Shown here piece after piece: positions 20,201-30,077 of a stretch of 64,000 bases of DNA. The DNA is from an uncultured Planctomycetota bacterium. Its GTDB lineage: Bacteria; Planctomycetota; Planctomycetia; Isosphaerales; Isosphaeraceae. The notes beneath the pieces were generated by a model. It was not told the DNA's origin. It worked only from the letters and a program-made list of their open reading frames with translations, and searched no databases. The stretch covers positions 160,001 through 224,000 of the forward strand of contig CAWJTV010000029.1 of assembly GCA_963845755.1 (NCBI GenBank), given 5' to 3'. The position numbers were made by a program, and so were the translations under genes. The number at the start of each line of letters is the position of its first letter. Position 1 is the first letter of the stretch.

Positions 20201-21592
20201 TCACTTCCGGAGGATCACTTCGTAATGGAGGTTGAAGCTCGGGTTCTTTGCTTCGGCCGAGGGCGGAGTGCCGCGCAGATGAGCCGTGTTGCCGGTGATC
20301 TCGTAGCGGAACGGCTTGCCCGTGAATGGATCGTCGGGCAGCGGCACCATGACGTCAGACAGCTTCGCGGGGAGTGAGCCGCCGTGCTCGGCCGCATAGA
20401 GGCGCAGGGCCTCGACGTGTCGCAGCAGGGCGATCCGCTGGTCCAGCCGTGTCCGCATCCGGACGGTCGGGCCGACCGCCGGGACGAACTCGTCGATGAG
20501 GGTTGGCAGATCGTCGGGTGGCTTGTGCCCGTTGGTCACCATCTCGGCCTGCCAGACGGGCAGGTTGGTGGTCTTAATGACGTCGTCGAAGCGGACCTCG
20601 AGCCCCCGCTTCATGTCGAGCAGGAGCACCTGCTCGGCCGGGAACCGTCGGACCAGTACCTCCGACAGGCCGACCTCCACAAGGCGGCGGCGTGCGGCCA
20701 CGACCCTCCCCTCGTCCTTGGTCCGCGCGCCCAGCCACGCCCGCAGGCCCTCGGTGAGCTTGCGAGGAAGTTCATATTTGAAGAGCTTGTCCAGATCCGC
20801 GATGAACCTGTCGAGTCGGTCCGGGGACATGGGGGTGCCGTCGTCCAGGTCGCGGAAGATCCATTGGATCACCCCAATCCGCTCACCTTGCATCGCCGTT
20901 TCCAGGGAGACCAGGGGGTTGGGCAGGTTCGTCAGCGCCCAGTAGAGATTGGGGCAGCTCGGCTGTTCCAACATCTCCTCCAGCGGGCCGAGGGCGAGGT
21001 TGGCGAACGCGACACCAAACAGGTTGCCAAGGAACGTCGGGTGCTCGCCCAGGTGGCGCGACATGGCGAACATGGTCTTGGCCGTTCGGAGGGCGTCGTC
21101 GAAGCGGCCCAGGGCAACCTCGGCTCGCATGCGCACCTTGAGTGCACTGGCCAGGGATCGGAGCTGCCGCACGTCAGGGATCGGCACGTAGATCCCTTCG
21201 GCCTTCATTTTCAGCAGGATCTGCCAATCGGGGTTGTCGAGCCGGGCCGCCCAGTCGGCCTGCTTCAGCGCGAGGCCGCCATAATCGTTCAGCTCCCGCG
21301 CGGGCAGTTCCTTGAGCGGCATGACCAGCAGCTTCTCGCGGCGTTGGAATGACTCCTTGTCGAAGAAGAATTTCTGCTCCTCCATGAAACACTTCAAGTA
21401 ACCCTGGATGGGGTTGCCGGGATTCATCTCCTTGAGCTGGGGCAGGAGCATGTAACGGAGGGCCGGCGTGGGGAGGGCCGCCGGATCGACGGTCAGCCGG
21501 ATCAATGTCTCTCCCTCAGAGGTCGCTTGATCGGCCCGGCAAGGGAGGGCGAAGGCGGCCAGTGCGGCGCAGGCAAAGACGGTTCGGACCAC
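20201..21592 (-). CDS. Secreted hypothetical protein, paralog 1
   Basis: Likely GTG start (VRTVFACAALAAFALPCRA); same conserved blocks as paralogs 2 and 3. Confidence 0.85.
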   Translation of the reverse strand: MVRTVFACAALAAFALPCRADQATSEGETLIRLTVDPAALPTPALRYMLLPQLKEMNPGNPIQGYLKCFMEEQKFFFDKESFQRREKLLVMPLKELPARELNDYGGLALKQADWAARLDNPDWQILLKMKAEGIYVPIPDVRQLRSLASALKVRMRAEVALGRFDDALRTAKTMFAMSRHLGEHPTFLGNLFGVAFANLALGPLEEMLEQPSCPNLYWALTNLPNPLVSLETAMQGERIGVIQWIFRDLDDGTPMSPDRLDRFIADLDKLFKYELPRKLTEGLRAWLGARTKDEGRVVAARRRLVEVGLSEVLVRRFPAEQVLLLDMKRGLEVRFDDVIKTTNLPVWQAEMVTNGHKPPDDLPTLIDEFVPAVGPTVRMRTRLDQRIALLRHVEALRLYAAEHGGSLPAKLSDVMVPLPDDPFTGKPFRYEITGNTAHLRGTPPSAEAKNPSFNLHYEVILRK

Positions 21593-21635
21593 GGGATGAC
21601 TCCTCGTAGACAGAAGGAAAGGCGGTCGCAAGGGC

Positions 21636-22043
21636 TCAATTCAAGAGTGACGGGGGCGGCCGGAAGGCCCGCAGCGGCGGCTCACTATCGATGAACGTCA
21701 CATCGCCAGCGGGACGATCGTTGGAGTCCAACTCCAGCAAGCCGCGGCGGGCCGACCAGAGGCCGGGATCGGCCGTTGCGCCGGAGGCCGGAGGCTCGGG
21801 AGCCGCGGCCGGAGCCGGCACGCTCGCGATGGAGACGGTCGATCTCCCGACCGAAGGGCTCGCGTGGGGCCACAAGAGCGCCAGCGACAGCGCCTGGGTC
21901 CCGGCCAGCAGAGAGGCCAGCGTCATCCAGCCGCGGTTCGGGCGGGCGGAGGCGCGGCCGGCGGCGAACAGGAGGGCGTCGCGGTCCAGTCCGCCGGCAT
22001 CCGGCGTGAATCGGTTCAGGCGTTCGAGGATCGGTTCGGACAT
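21636..22043 (-). CDS. Putative single-TM anti-sigma factor
   Basis: MSEPILERLNRFTP...LDRDALLFAAGRAS followed by one hydrophobic helix; overlaps the 3' end of the ECF gene. Confidence 0.65.
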   Translation of the reverse strand: MSEPILERLNRFTPDAGGLDRDALLFAAGRASARPNRGWMTLASLLAGTQALSLALLWPHASPSVGRSTVSIASVPAPAAAPEPPASGATADPGLWSARRGLLELDSNDRPAGDVTFIDSEPPLRAFRPPPSLLN

Positions 22044-22507
22044 GTTACCCCCAGTCGCTTGCGCAGGACCTCGACACCGGCGGTGTACCGCCGGAAGGCG
22101 GTGCTCGCCGAGCAACCGACGACCGCCGCGACCTGTTCGAAGCTCAGACCGCCCCAGTGATGGGCCACGATGACCTCGCGCTGCTCGGGAACGAGTCGTT
22201 CGAGGGCGGCCACGGCGGTTTCGGCATCGAGGCCGTCCACTTCGGGCTCGACGAACCATCGCACCGGCCGGGCGGACGCCGACTCGCGGCCTCGCCGCCG
22301 CCGGGCGATCTTGGCGACGTCGAGGGCGCCATTGCGAACCACGCGGTAGAGCCAGGCGACAACATCCTCCGGCGGCCTCCGCTGACGGACGAGCTTCAAG
22401 AACGCGTCCTGGACGGCGTCCTCGGGCGCGTCGCACCACTGCCGCGCGTACAGCACCAGCGGTGCGGCATGGGCGTCCATCAGTTGTGCGAAGTCTGAAG
22501 GACTCAT
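22016..22507 (-). CDS. ECF sigma factor
   Basis: LVLYARQW..APEDAVQDAFLKL...AWLYRVVRN; EQREVIVAHHWGGLSFEQVA. Confidence 0.92.
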   Translation of the reverse strand: MSPSDFAQLMDAHAAPLVLYARQWCDAPEDAVQDAFLKLVRQRRPPEDVVAWLYRVVRNGALDVAKIARRRRGRESASARPVRWFVEPEVDGLDAETAVAALERLVPEQREVIVAHHWGGLSFEQVAAVVGCSASTAFRRYTAGVEVLRKRLGVTCPNRSSNA

Positions 22508-22598
22508 TTTCCTCTAAGACGACGCGGAGCCTCGGGCATTCCGCCCGATTCTCGGGACGTCGCGATTTCCTCCTCTCCCCCAAGCCCGGATTGACCCA

Positions 22599-22659
22599 GT
22601 AGGGTGGGTGCAACCCGCCGGCCGGATGTCCGGGTTCCGGTGGGTCGTAACCACAATAC
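22599..22659. repeat. GTAG-type REP doublet, degenerate
   Basis: gtagggtgggtgcaacccgcc followed by the decayed inverted copy ggtgggtcgtaaccacaatac. Confidence 0.5.
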
Positions 22660-23468
22660 AAGATCGGTTCCTCACCCTCCAGGACAGGCTCCGAGCGTCA
22701 CAGGGTCGGCTCGAGGCTCCCTTTATTCTCGTGCCCGGCGCTGGACAATCGCGTCTCCGAGTTCGCTCGTTGAGCAACGCTTGTCCGTCCCCGAGAGTCC
22801 ATATCTCGCGTGGAGGGTGCAGGCGCTCAGCAGGATCATCAACGCCGGGTCGTACGCAGTCCGGCCCCCCTCGTCCAGCGAGGGGAGCTCGTCGAGCAGG
22901 GCGACGACTCCCCCGGCCTTTCGCCGCCTGAAACACCGATCGGCCCCGCCCGCAGATTCCCGGGACGCTGGCCGCGCCCGCGACGATGGTAGAGGATGGA
23001 CCCTCGCGCCCGACCCTGACCCTTCGCCCGGCGCAGGCCTCACTCCTGCGCCGTCGGTCCGACGACACCGAAGCACCCCCAGGGGTTGCCTCTGGCTCTC
23101 TGCGGGCGGGATCGGCTCTGATGCTGCCGCCCTTTTGCGCTTCTGAACGACTGTCACCTTCGGCCCGTAAACGCGTGCCGATGAACAGGTACGATCAAAT
23201 CGGGTGTCGGGATTTCGCGATCCAACTTGGTGTCGCGTGACACTTCCCTTTCCCCACACCAGGGAGGCCTTGCTGGGGACCTCCCGGGATGATGGCGTTG
23301 GTCACTGTCACCCCGTCGAGGCGTGACGTTCGGGCGGCCCGGTGAATACACGAACGCAGTGTCCAATCCACCTGGGGCGGTACACCAGCGCTAAAAACTT
23401 CGAGCGATTGTGCTAGGATCGACGTTGCAGGTGCCCTGGCGAAATCGTCTGAATTTATTGATATAAAT

Positions 23469-25418
23469 ATGAGAATTTATATGGAGCCGAATGAACCGGC
23501 GGGTGTTGCGGATGGGATCAACGGAACTGGAATGGGCTCATTGGTAGCATGGTCGGTACCAGGCACTGTGTTATTGATCGCTTTATGGATTGGATTGGTG
23601 GGCGGTTTTCTGGATCTTGGCGTGTTTATCCTGAAACAGCACTTGAATGGCGACCGCTTTTTTCGACTGGGCGACCATTTTTTCTGGCTAATTCCAGCAG
23701 GAGATACGGTTCTGATTCTGATTCTCGGGCTATTTCTGGCTGTAGCTGGATTAATGTGGCGCGGTGCGGGTTTCTTGCGTGTTGCGGTCGCGATGCTGAC
23801 TTTCCTCGGCATTCTGAATGCCACAGCGAGGTTGCCGCTCGCTCCATGGTCGGTCATATTGTTGTCAGCGGGGGTGGCCGTTCAAGCTGCGCGGTGGGCA
23901 GGGGGAGGGGGGCGTCGTTGCAATTCGTTTGGTTGGCTCGTGCGGCGAACCACGCCGCTTCTAGCGGGCGGCTTACTCAGCCTCATCTTGATATGGTTCG
24001 GCGAACGAGTATGGTCTGAACACAAGGTGAAAGCGCTGCTGCCGTCCGCCCCGACGACCGGCCGGAACGTGTTGCTGATCGTCTGGGACACGGTACGGAC
24101 CAATAATCTGAGTCTTTATGGATACGGGCGCCTGACCTCGCCGAACCTCGATCGGCTGGCACGCCAAGGCGTTCGGTTCGATCGCGCTTTCGCGGCGGCT
24201 CCATGGACTCTCGCATCGCATAGCAGCATGTTCACCGGGCGGTGGGCTCATGAATTGAGTGCCAACTGGCTCGAGCCGCTCGATGCAACGTACCCAACCA
24301 TCGCCGAGTTTCTGAGTTCCAACGGGTATGACACAGCCGGTTTTGTGGCAAATCTCGACTATTGTAGCCGTGAGACCGGCCTCGCAAGGGGATTTGCGCA
24401 CTATGAAGATTATCCGATCACGCCGTGGGATGTTTTCAGTCGTTACGTCGCGATCGGCAACCGGGTCGACTGGGTTACTGAGGCCTATGTGCTCAACCGG
24501 TTGCTAAAGCTGTGCGTCGGCGATGGCTTTGACGTGATTCCGCATGCGAAAGAACATGCCAAGAACGCGGAGATAATCGACCGGTCATTCTTGAGATGGC
24601 TCGACTCGCGACAAGGCCGCAGCCGCCCGTTCTTTGCGTTCTTGAATTACAATGATGCCCACTCACCGTACGAAGTGCCGGATCGATCGATTCCGGCTTT
24701 TGGACTCCGGCCGATCTCCTACGCGGATCATGCGATTCTCCAGTCGTGGGAGAAGACGGACAAGACCACGTTGCCGCATCAATACGTTCAAATGGCGATC
24801 GACATTTACGACGACTCGGTCTTCTACCTCGACAAGCAACTGGGAATCTTGCTGGACGAGCTTGCGAAGCGTGGGGTGCTCGACGACACGCTGGTCATCG
24901 TTGCGTCCGATCATGGCGAGCATCTCGGCGATCATCGCCTTTTTTTCCATGGGTGTAGCTTGTATCGCCAGTTGGTGAATGTTCCGCTCGTCATTGTCGA
25001 CCCAGGCCGAGCGCCGCGGGGTCGAATGATCAGTGAGCCGGTGAGTTTGCGCGAATTGCCCGCGACCATTGCGAGCCTGGTGGGACACGACAAGAATTCC
25101 CCGTTTCCGGGTAAGTCGCTCGACCGGTTCTGGACCGAATCAAATGGGGTTGGTCAATCTCAGGTTGGTCAGGTCCTCATGGAGACGGACAAACCACCAT
25201 TCCTTGCGAACCAGGGGCGAGAACCGGTATCGAAAGGGCCGATGAAGTCCCTGATTTCGGAGGGACTGCATTACATTCGCCGTGGCGACGGTGTTGAAGA
25301 GATGTACCATCTCGACACGGATCCGCTCGAGCGAACGGACGTGGTGTTGTATCAGCGTTATTTCGATGCACTCGAGCGATTACGGGCGCGCCTCGAGGTG
25401 ATCACTCGAAAGCCATGA
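23469..25418 (+). CDS. Membrane-anchored sulfatase-like (alkaline phosphatase superfamily) protein 1
   Basis: About 5 N-terminal TM segments; LIVWDTVR, APWTLASH, NYNDAHSPY, SDHGE. Confidence 0.9.
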   Translation: MRIYMEPNEPAGVADGINGTGMGSLVAWSVPGTVLLIALWIGLVGGFLDLGVFILKQHLNGDRFFRLGDHFFWLIPAGDTVLILILGLFLAVAGLMWRGAGFLRVAVAMLTFLGILNATARLPLAPWSVILLSAGVAVQAARWAGGGGRRCNSFGWLVRRTTPLLAGGLLSLILIWFGERVWSEHKVKALLPSAPTTGRNVLLIVWDTVRTNNLSLYGYGRLTSPNLDRLARQGVRFDRAFAAAPWTLASHSSMFTGRWAHELSANWLEPLDATYPTIAEFLSSNGYDTAGFVANLDYCSRETGLARGFAHYEDYPITPWDVFSRYVAIGNRVDWVTEAYVLNRLLKLCVGDGFDVIPHAKEHAKNAEIIDRSFLRWLDSRQGRSRPFFAFLNYNDAHSPYEVPDRSIPAFGLRPISYADHAILQSWEKTDKTTLPHQYVQMAIDIYDDSVFYLDKQLGILLDELAKRGVLDDTLVIVASDHGEHLGDHRLFFHGCSLYRQLVNVPLVIVDPGRAPRGRMISEPVSLRELPATIASLVGHDKNSPFPGKSLDRFWTESNGVGQSQVGQVLMETDKPPFLANQGREPVSKGPMKSLISEGLHYIRRGDGVEEMYHLDTDPLERTDVVLYQRYFDALERLRARLEVITRKP

Positions 25419-25570
25419 CGGCGGACCGTGCTCGAAATCGCGCCGGCGCCCGACGGCTGAGCGCTCCGGGGTCCAAGGTTGAAACCGCGTGGCATCCTGG
25501 ACAAGATCGGATGCTGGCGAGTGAATCAATCGACAATCAGAGCCGGCCCGTCCTGGCAGGAATCGCCCCG

Positions 25571-27546
25571 ATGGACTCGACACCGACCAAGACCGCGGAT
25601 CGGCGGCCGCCTGCCCGGGTGCCGCTCTCCCCGATGGGCGCGGTTCTGCTGGCGATCTCGCTCGGCCTCTGCGGGGGGTATCTCGATCTGGGAGTGATCC
25701 TCTTCAAGAGTTTCTGGCTGAACCCCGAGGGGTCCGTTCGCTGCGCGAGGGATTTCCCATGGACCGTCCCCGTGAGCCACGCGATTTTGCTGGCGATCCC
25801 CGGGGTAGTCGTGGCCGCCGTGAACCAACTCCGACCGAAGGCCCTCTCGCTGAACGCGGCGTCGTGGCTGTTCGCGACGATCGCGATCTGGTCGGCGCTC
25901 CTCCGATTGCCGATCTACGGCGCCTGCAGCCTGCTCATGGCCGCGGGGCTGGCCCGGCCGATCGCCGACGCGATCGTCGCCCGTGGCCTGCGGTCACGGC
26001 CGTTGCGATCGAGCCTGGCGGCGATCCTCGGCCTCTTGGTGGTCCTGGCGGCCCTCTCTTCGGGGCGGCGGTCGGTCGGCGAATCCCGCGCGTTGGCCGC
26101 GTTGCCGCCGGCGCCTCCCGGCGCCCGTAACGTCTTGGTGATCGTCTGGGACACCGTCCGCGCTTCCTACACGAGCCTTCATGGCTATCCGCGCGACACC
26201 ACGCCCAACCTGGTCGGGTGGGCGCGCAGGGGAGTCCGGTACGACCGCGCCCTGGCTCCCGCCCCGTGGACGTTCCCCTCGCATTGCTCCTTCTTCACCG
26301 GCCAGTGGCCGTTCCGGCTCAATGCCCAGTGGAAGTACACGCTCGAGGCCTCACATCCGACCCTGGCCGAGTACCTCGGCTCGAACGGCTATCAGACCGC
26401 CGGGTTCGTGGCGAACACCGCGAGCTGCAATTACGAGACCGGGCTGGATCGGGGATTCGCCCATTACGAAGACTATGCGCTGACTTCGCGGTCGCTCGTC
26501 GGTCGGTCCGTTGCCGGGACGTGGATCCTCGAAAACCTCGTGAGCTTCGGCGATTACTACGAGAAGAAGTGGATCGGACTCCAATCTCGCGGCGCACGCG
26601 AGATCAACGGCGCCTTCCTCGACTGGCTGGGCCGACGGCGGCCGGATCGTCCCTTCTTCGCCTTCCTGAACTACTTCGATGCCCACGCGCCGTACATCGC
26701 CCCGGCCGGCCATCAGGGACGCTTCGGCATCCGGCCCAGGACCCCGGTGGATTACCGGGTCCTCCTCGATTTCACGCTGATGAACAAGGATCGGATCACG
26801 AAGCGTGACGTCTGGCTGGCCCGGGATGCCTACCACGACTGCATCGCCTCCCTCGACGACCAGCTCGGTCGCTTGCTCGACGAGCTGCAAGGCCGAGGGA
26901 TCCTCAGCGACACGGACGTGATCATCACCTCGGACCACGGCGAAGAGTTCGGCGAGCATCTCTTCTTCGGCCACGCCCACAACACCAACCTCGACGCGAT
27001 CGGGGTCCCGCTGGTGATCCTGTCCCCCGCGCGCCCGCGGGCCGGGTGGTGTCCAGCCCCGTCAGCCTGCGCGACCTGCCGGCGACCGTGGTCGAGTTGG
27101 TCGGCCTCTCGGACGACTCGCCGTTCCCGGGCCGCTCGTTGACCGCCTACTGGGGGCTCGGACCCGGGGAGCACCCGGAGATCACCAGCCCGGCCCTCAC
27201 CGAGCAGGCCGAGGCCGCCGCATTCCAGCCCCGGCCGCCAGGCGGTCGCGAGCACCCAGGATTCCAGATGTCCCTCGTGGCATCTGGACATCATTATATA
27301 AGGCACGGCATGGGACTCGAGCAGCTCTACGACCTGCATATCGATCCGGACGAGCGGGTCAACCTCATGGCTTCCCGCCTCGGCGGCCAGCGGGTGGGGG
27401 CCTTCCGGAGGATGCTCCTCGAACTGCTGATCGATAACCCCGGCTCGGCCGAGGTGGAAAAGGCCTACCTCGAGCCGTACAGGAAATGGCTCGAAGCCCT
27501 CGTTCAGGACCGTTCGGACCCGAGCGCGACTAGCACCCCGAAGTAG
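25571..27546 (+). CDS. Membrane-anchored sulfatase-like protein 2 (frameshift near 27035)
   Basis: VIVWDTVR, APWTFPSH, NYFDAHAPY, SDHGE; continues as VSSPVSLRDLPAT in ORF 27046..27546. Confidence 0.88.
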
Positions 27547-27771
27547 CGGCGTCGCTTCCGCAAGAATCGCGGCATGCGCGGAGGCCGCCCGCGAGGGGAA
27601 CCCCGGCGCGCCGTCCCGAGGCTCCGCGCCGACCCGCGCCTCGACCGAGGGGCTTTTCCACACGGTACGCGACAAGGGCCGACTCGGCTTCGACGATCGC
27701 TTGTGCTGTGATGGCGAAGCGGCTGGCCCCGGTTTCCTTGCACGCTTTGAAGAGCGGAGGCGGTCCTGAGA

Positions 27772-27837
27772 GGCGAGCGGGGGGCGTCAGCCCCCTGTCC
27801 GGTCGAGCAGACAGGGAGCTGACGCCCCCCGCTCGCC
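27772..27837. repeat. Hairpin repeat matching the core of the 11002..11119 MITE
   Basis: ggcgagcggggggcgtcagccccctgtccggt...acagggagctgacgccccccgctcgcc, without the outer gtctgtcccag repeats. Confidence 0.85.
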
Positions 27838-28709
27838 CCGGACCAAGTGTACGACAACCGCCGCCACTTCGATGCCGCTCGCTACGAGCCTGGCGATTCG
27901 GAGTTACGACGATTCGGGTTTACGCCCCCGGAGATCCCGCGGATTCTGATCGGTTTGTCCGATCTCGCTCGCCACGCATAACCCCAAGATCAGGCCCGCT
28001 CAGCCCCGTCGCGGCAACTCAATGCATGAAAATTCCTCGCATATTTTTGATGTGTACACGATAAACGGTTATGTGCCAAGCCCTTGCTCCGCGGCTATCT
28101 CGAGGGGATTGGCTATCTTAAGTGGCGCTCCAGCAAGGGCTTGTGGCCTTCATATTATCACTACACGAGCTAACGTAAAGTGTTGTAAGAGGTTGCGGTG
28201 CGAATGCGCATTCGTCGCAAGTCCTTGTCCAGCAGGCAGTACCAGATATCACGCCAAGCATAACCTAGGTTTTGCTTGACATCCGGCACAGCCATGGGGA
28301 TATTGTTCTGATCGCCGTGGGATCGTTTCGGTGGGATGATCCGGAATTGCAACTCTGGCCGCTTCCTCTCAAACCGGCGGCCGACCTCGATCGATAGCCG
28401 TCAGATTCTAGGCTGGGTTTCCGCTCCCTGGAAAGCCGTTTTCTCAATCAGCTTATTAGAATCGATCTTCGTCCTCATCTTCGTCCTCTATGATCGAACG
28501 CGCACGTCCCCACGTATGCCGTCGAATGGGGTCGGGCACGCATGCGGTCAGAGAGCTCACCCAATCTCCTGATCGTGTCCGCGGGATTTGGGAATCCGCC
28601 GTGGTGGGCAAAACCATGACACCGCGTGCCTGATTTTCGGGCCCCGTTCACGGTCGTCGTGTCCAGATTCTTTTTTCCGAGTGCGAGTCTACACTGAGGA
28701 GACTTATCG

Positions 28710-29804
28710 ATGCGTCGACGCGGTTTCACCTTGATCGAACTTCTCGTCGTGATCGCCATCATCGCGGTGCTCATCGCGCTCTTGTTGCCGGCCGTCCAGG
28801 CCGCCCGCGAGGCCGCCCGGCGTATCCAGTGCACCAACAACATGAAGCAAATCGGCCTCGCCCTTCACAACTACCACGAGGTCCACAACGTATTCGCCAT
28901 GGGCTGCTCGAGCGGCGCCTACAATCCCCCCGGCACGTGGTGGAGTGTCAAGCAGAATCTGGGCCCTCTCGCGCTCATGCTGCCGTTCCTCGAGCAGACA
29001 CCGGTCTACAACTCGATCAATTTCAATTTCGGATCTGATGAGTTCGAGCCAATCGCGAGTCGCTCGCTGACCGCCAGCGTCCAAGCGACCGCGATTAACT
29101 CGAGCATGAAAGCCTTCCAGTGCCCTTCCGACCCGCTCGCGGGAGCGCCGGATTATCAAGGCACGACCAACACCACCAATTATTACGCTTCCGTCGGCAC
29201 GACGATGTACTGGTCGCAGCTCGGGACGACGTGGTCGAATAACGTGCCAAGTGTCAACATCCCGAGCACGGGGCTGTTCACCTTGCAAGCGTCGTACGGC
29301 ATGCAAAATTGCACGGATGGGTCCTCGAACACCATCGCATTTGGTGAGGCCGCGGTCGGCGCACAGACCGCCCAGCTCGGTCAGAAGTTTGTCGGCGTTG
29401 TGAATGTCACAGCACTCGTACCGTACGAAACCCTCGATGCGTCGGCCAACATTAAGAACACAATGGCGGCCCTTCAGGCTTGCCAGACCGCGTGGCAGAC
29501 AGGGACCGGCGGTAGCGCTGACGAGCAGCGCGGTGATAACTGGTCCCACGGGTCGATGGCGATTGAATTGTTTAACACGATCGCAACGCCTAACTTGTAC
29601 AACGGCTCGTTCGCCTATTGCGGCAGCATCGGCTCGGGCGGGCGGGCGGACCTCAGCAACTCAGATAGCTGGCATCCGGGCGGGGTGAACGTGCTGTTCG
29701 CCGACGGCAGCGTCCGCTTCGTTAAGAACTCAATCAGTATGCCGACCTGGATGGCATTGGGTACCAAGGCCGGCGGCGAAGTCATCAGCTCCGACAGCTA
29801 TTGA
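28710..29804 (+). CDS. DUF1559 prepilin-type N-terminal cleavage/methylation protein with H-X9-DG motif
   Basis: [49 protein letters not shown]-terminal [16 protein letters not shown]. Confidence 0.97.
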   Translation: MRRRGFTLIELLVVIAIIAVLIALLLPAVQAAREAARRIQCTNNMKQIGLALHNYHEVHNVFAMGCSSGAYNPPGTWWSVKQNLGPLALMLPFLEQTPVYNSINFNFGSDEFEPIASRSLTASVQATAINSSMKAFQCPSDPLAGAPDYQGTTNTTNYYASVGTTMYWSQLGTTWSNNVPSVNIPSTGLFTLQASYGMQNCTDGSSNTIAFGEAAVGAQTAQLGQKFVGVVNVTALVPYETLDASANIKNTMAALQACQTAWQTGTGGSADEQRGDNWSHGSMAIELFNTIATPNLYNGSFAYCGSIGSGGRADLSNSDSWHPGGVNVLFADGSVRFVKNSISMPTWMALGTKAGGEVISSDSY

Positions 29805-29920
29805 TCGACTGCCGGCACGAAGGCGGCATGCGAATCTGAGCGGTCTTCCTGACCCGAAGATGCGCGGGTGAACCATGTTGCGGAAGTTGCGCACCTTCTA
29901 AACGGCATTGCGTGATTCCA

Positions 29921-29979
29921 GGAGGGTGAGGCTCCGCCCGAGCCCGAAGTCATCGTGGCGCTCCGGGCGGCTCGCCCTG
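29921..29979. repeat. Degenerate REP-like inverted repeat between convergent genes
   Basis: ggagggtgaggctccgcccgagc ... gctccgggcggctcgccctgcc. Confidence 0.4.
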
Positions 29980-30077
29980 CCAGGATTTTGCACTCGATCC
30001 CGGATGGTTACGACGGAACGCCCCTTCGCCGCGCGACGTCAGGGCCTGCGGGGGTGTTCCGGGCCGCCGTTCCCAAA

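Noticed and set aside
22660..23260. Possible decayed PIN/VapC gene (LHARYGLSGTD...DAIV) on the minus strand
   Set aside because: The resemblance is too weak and fragmentary to support without a search.
27860..28700. Possible ncRNA or riboswitch upstream of the DUF1559 gene
   Set aside because: Long, relatively AT-rich leader with no recognisable conserved structure by eye; needs an Rfam search.
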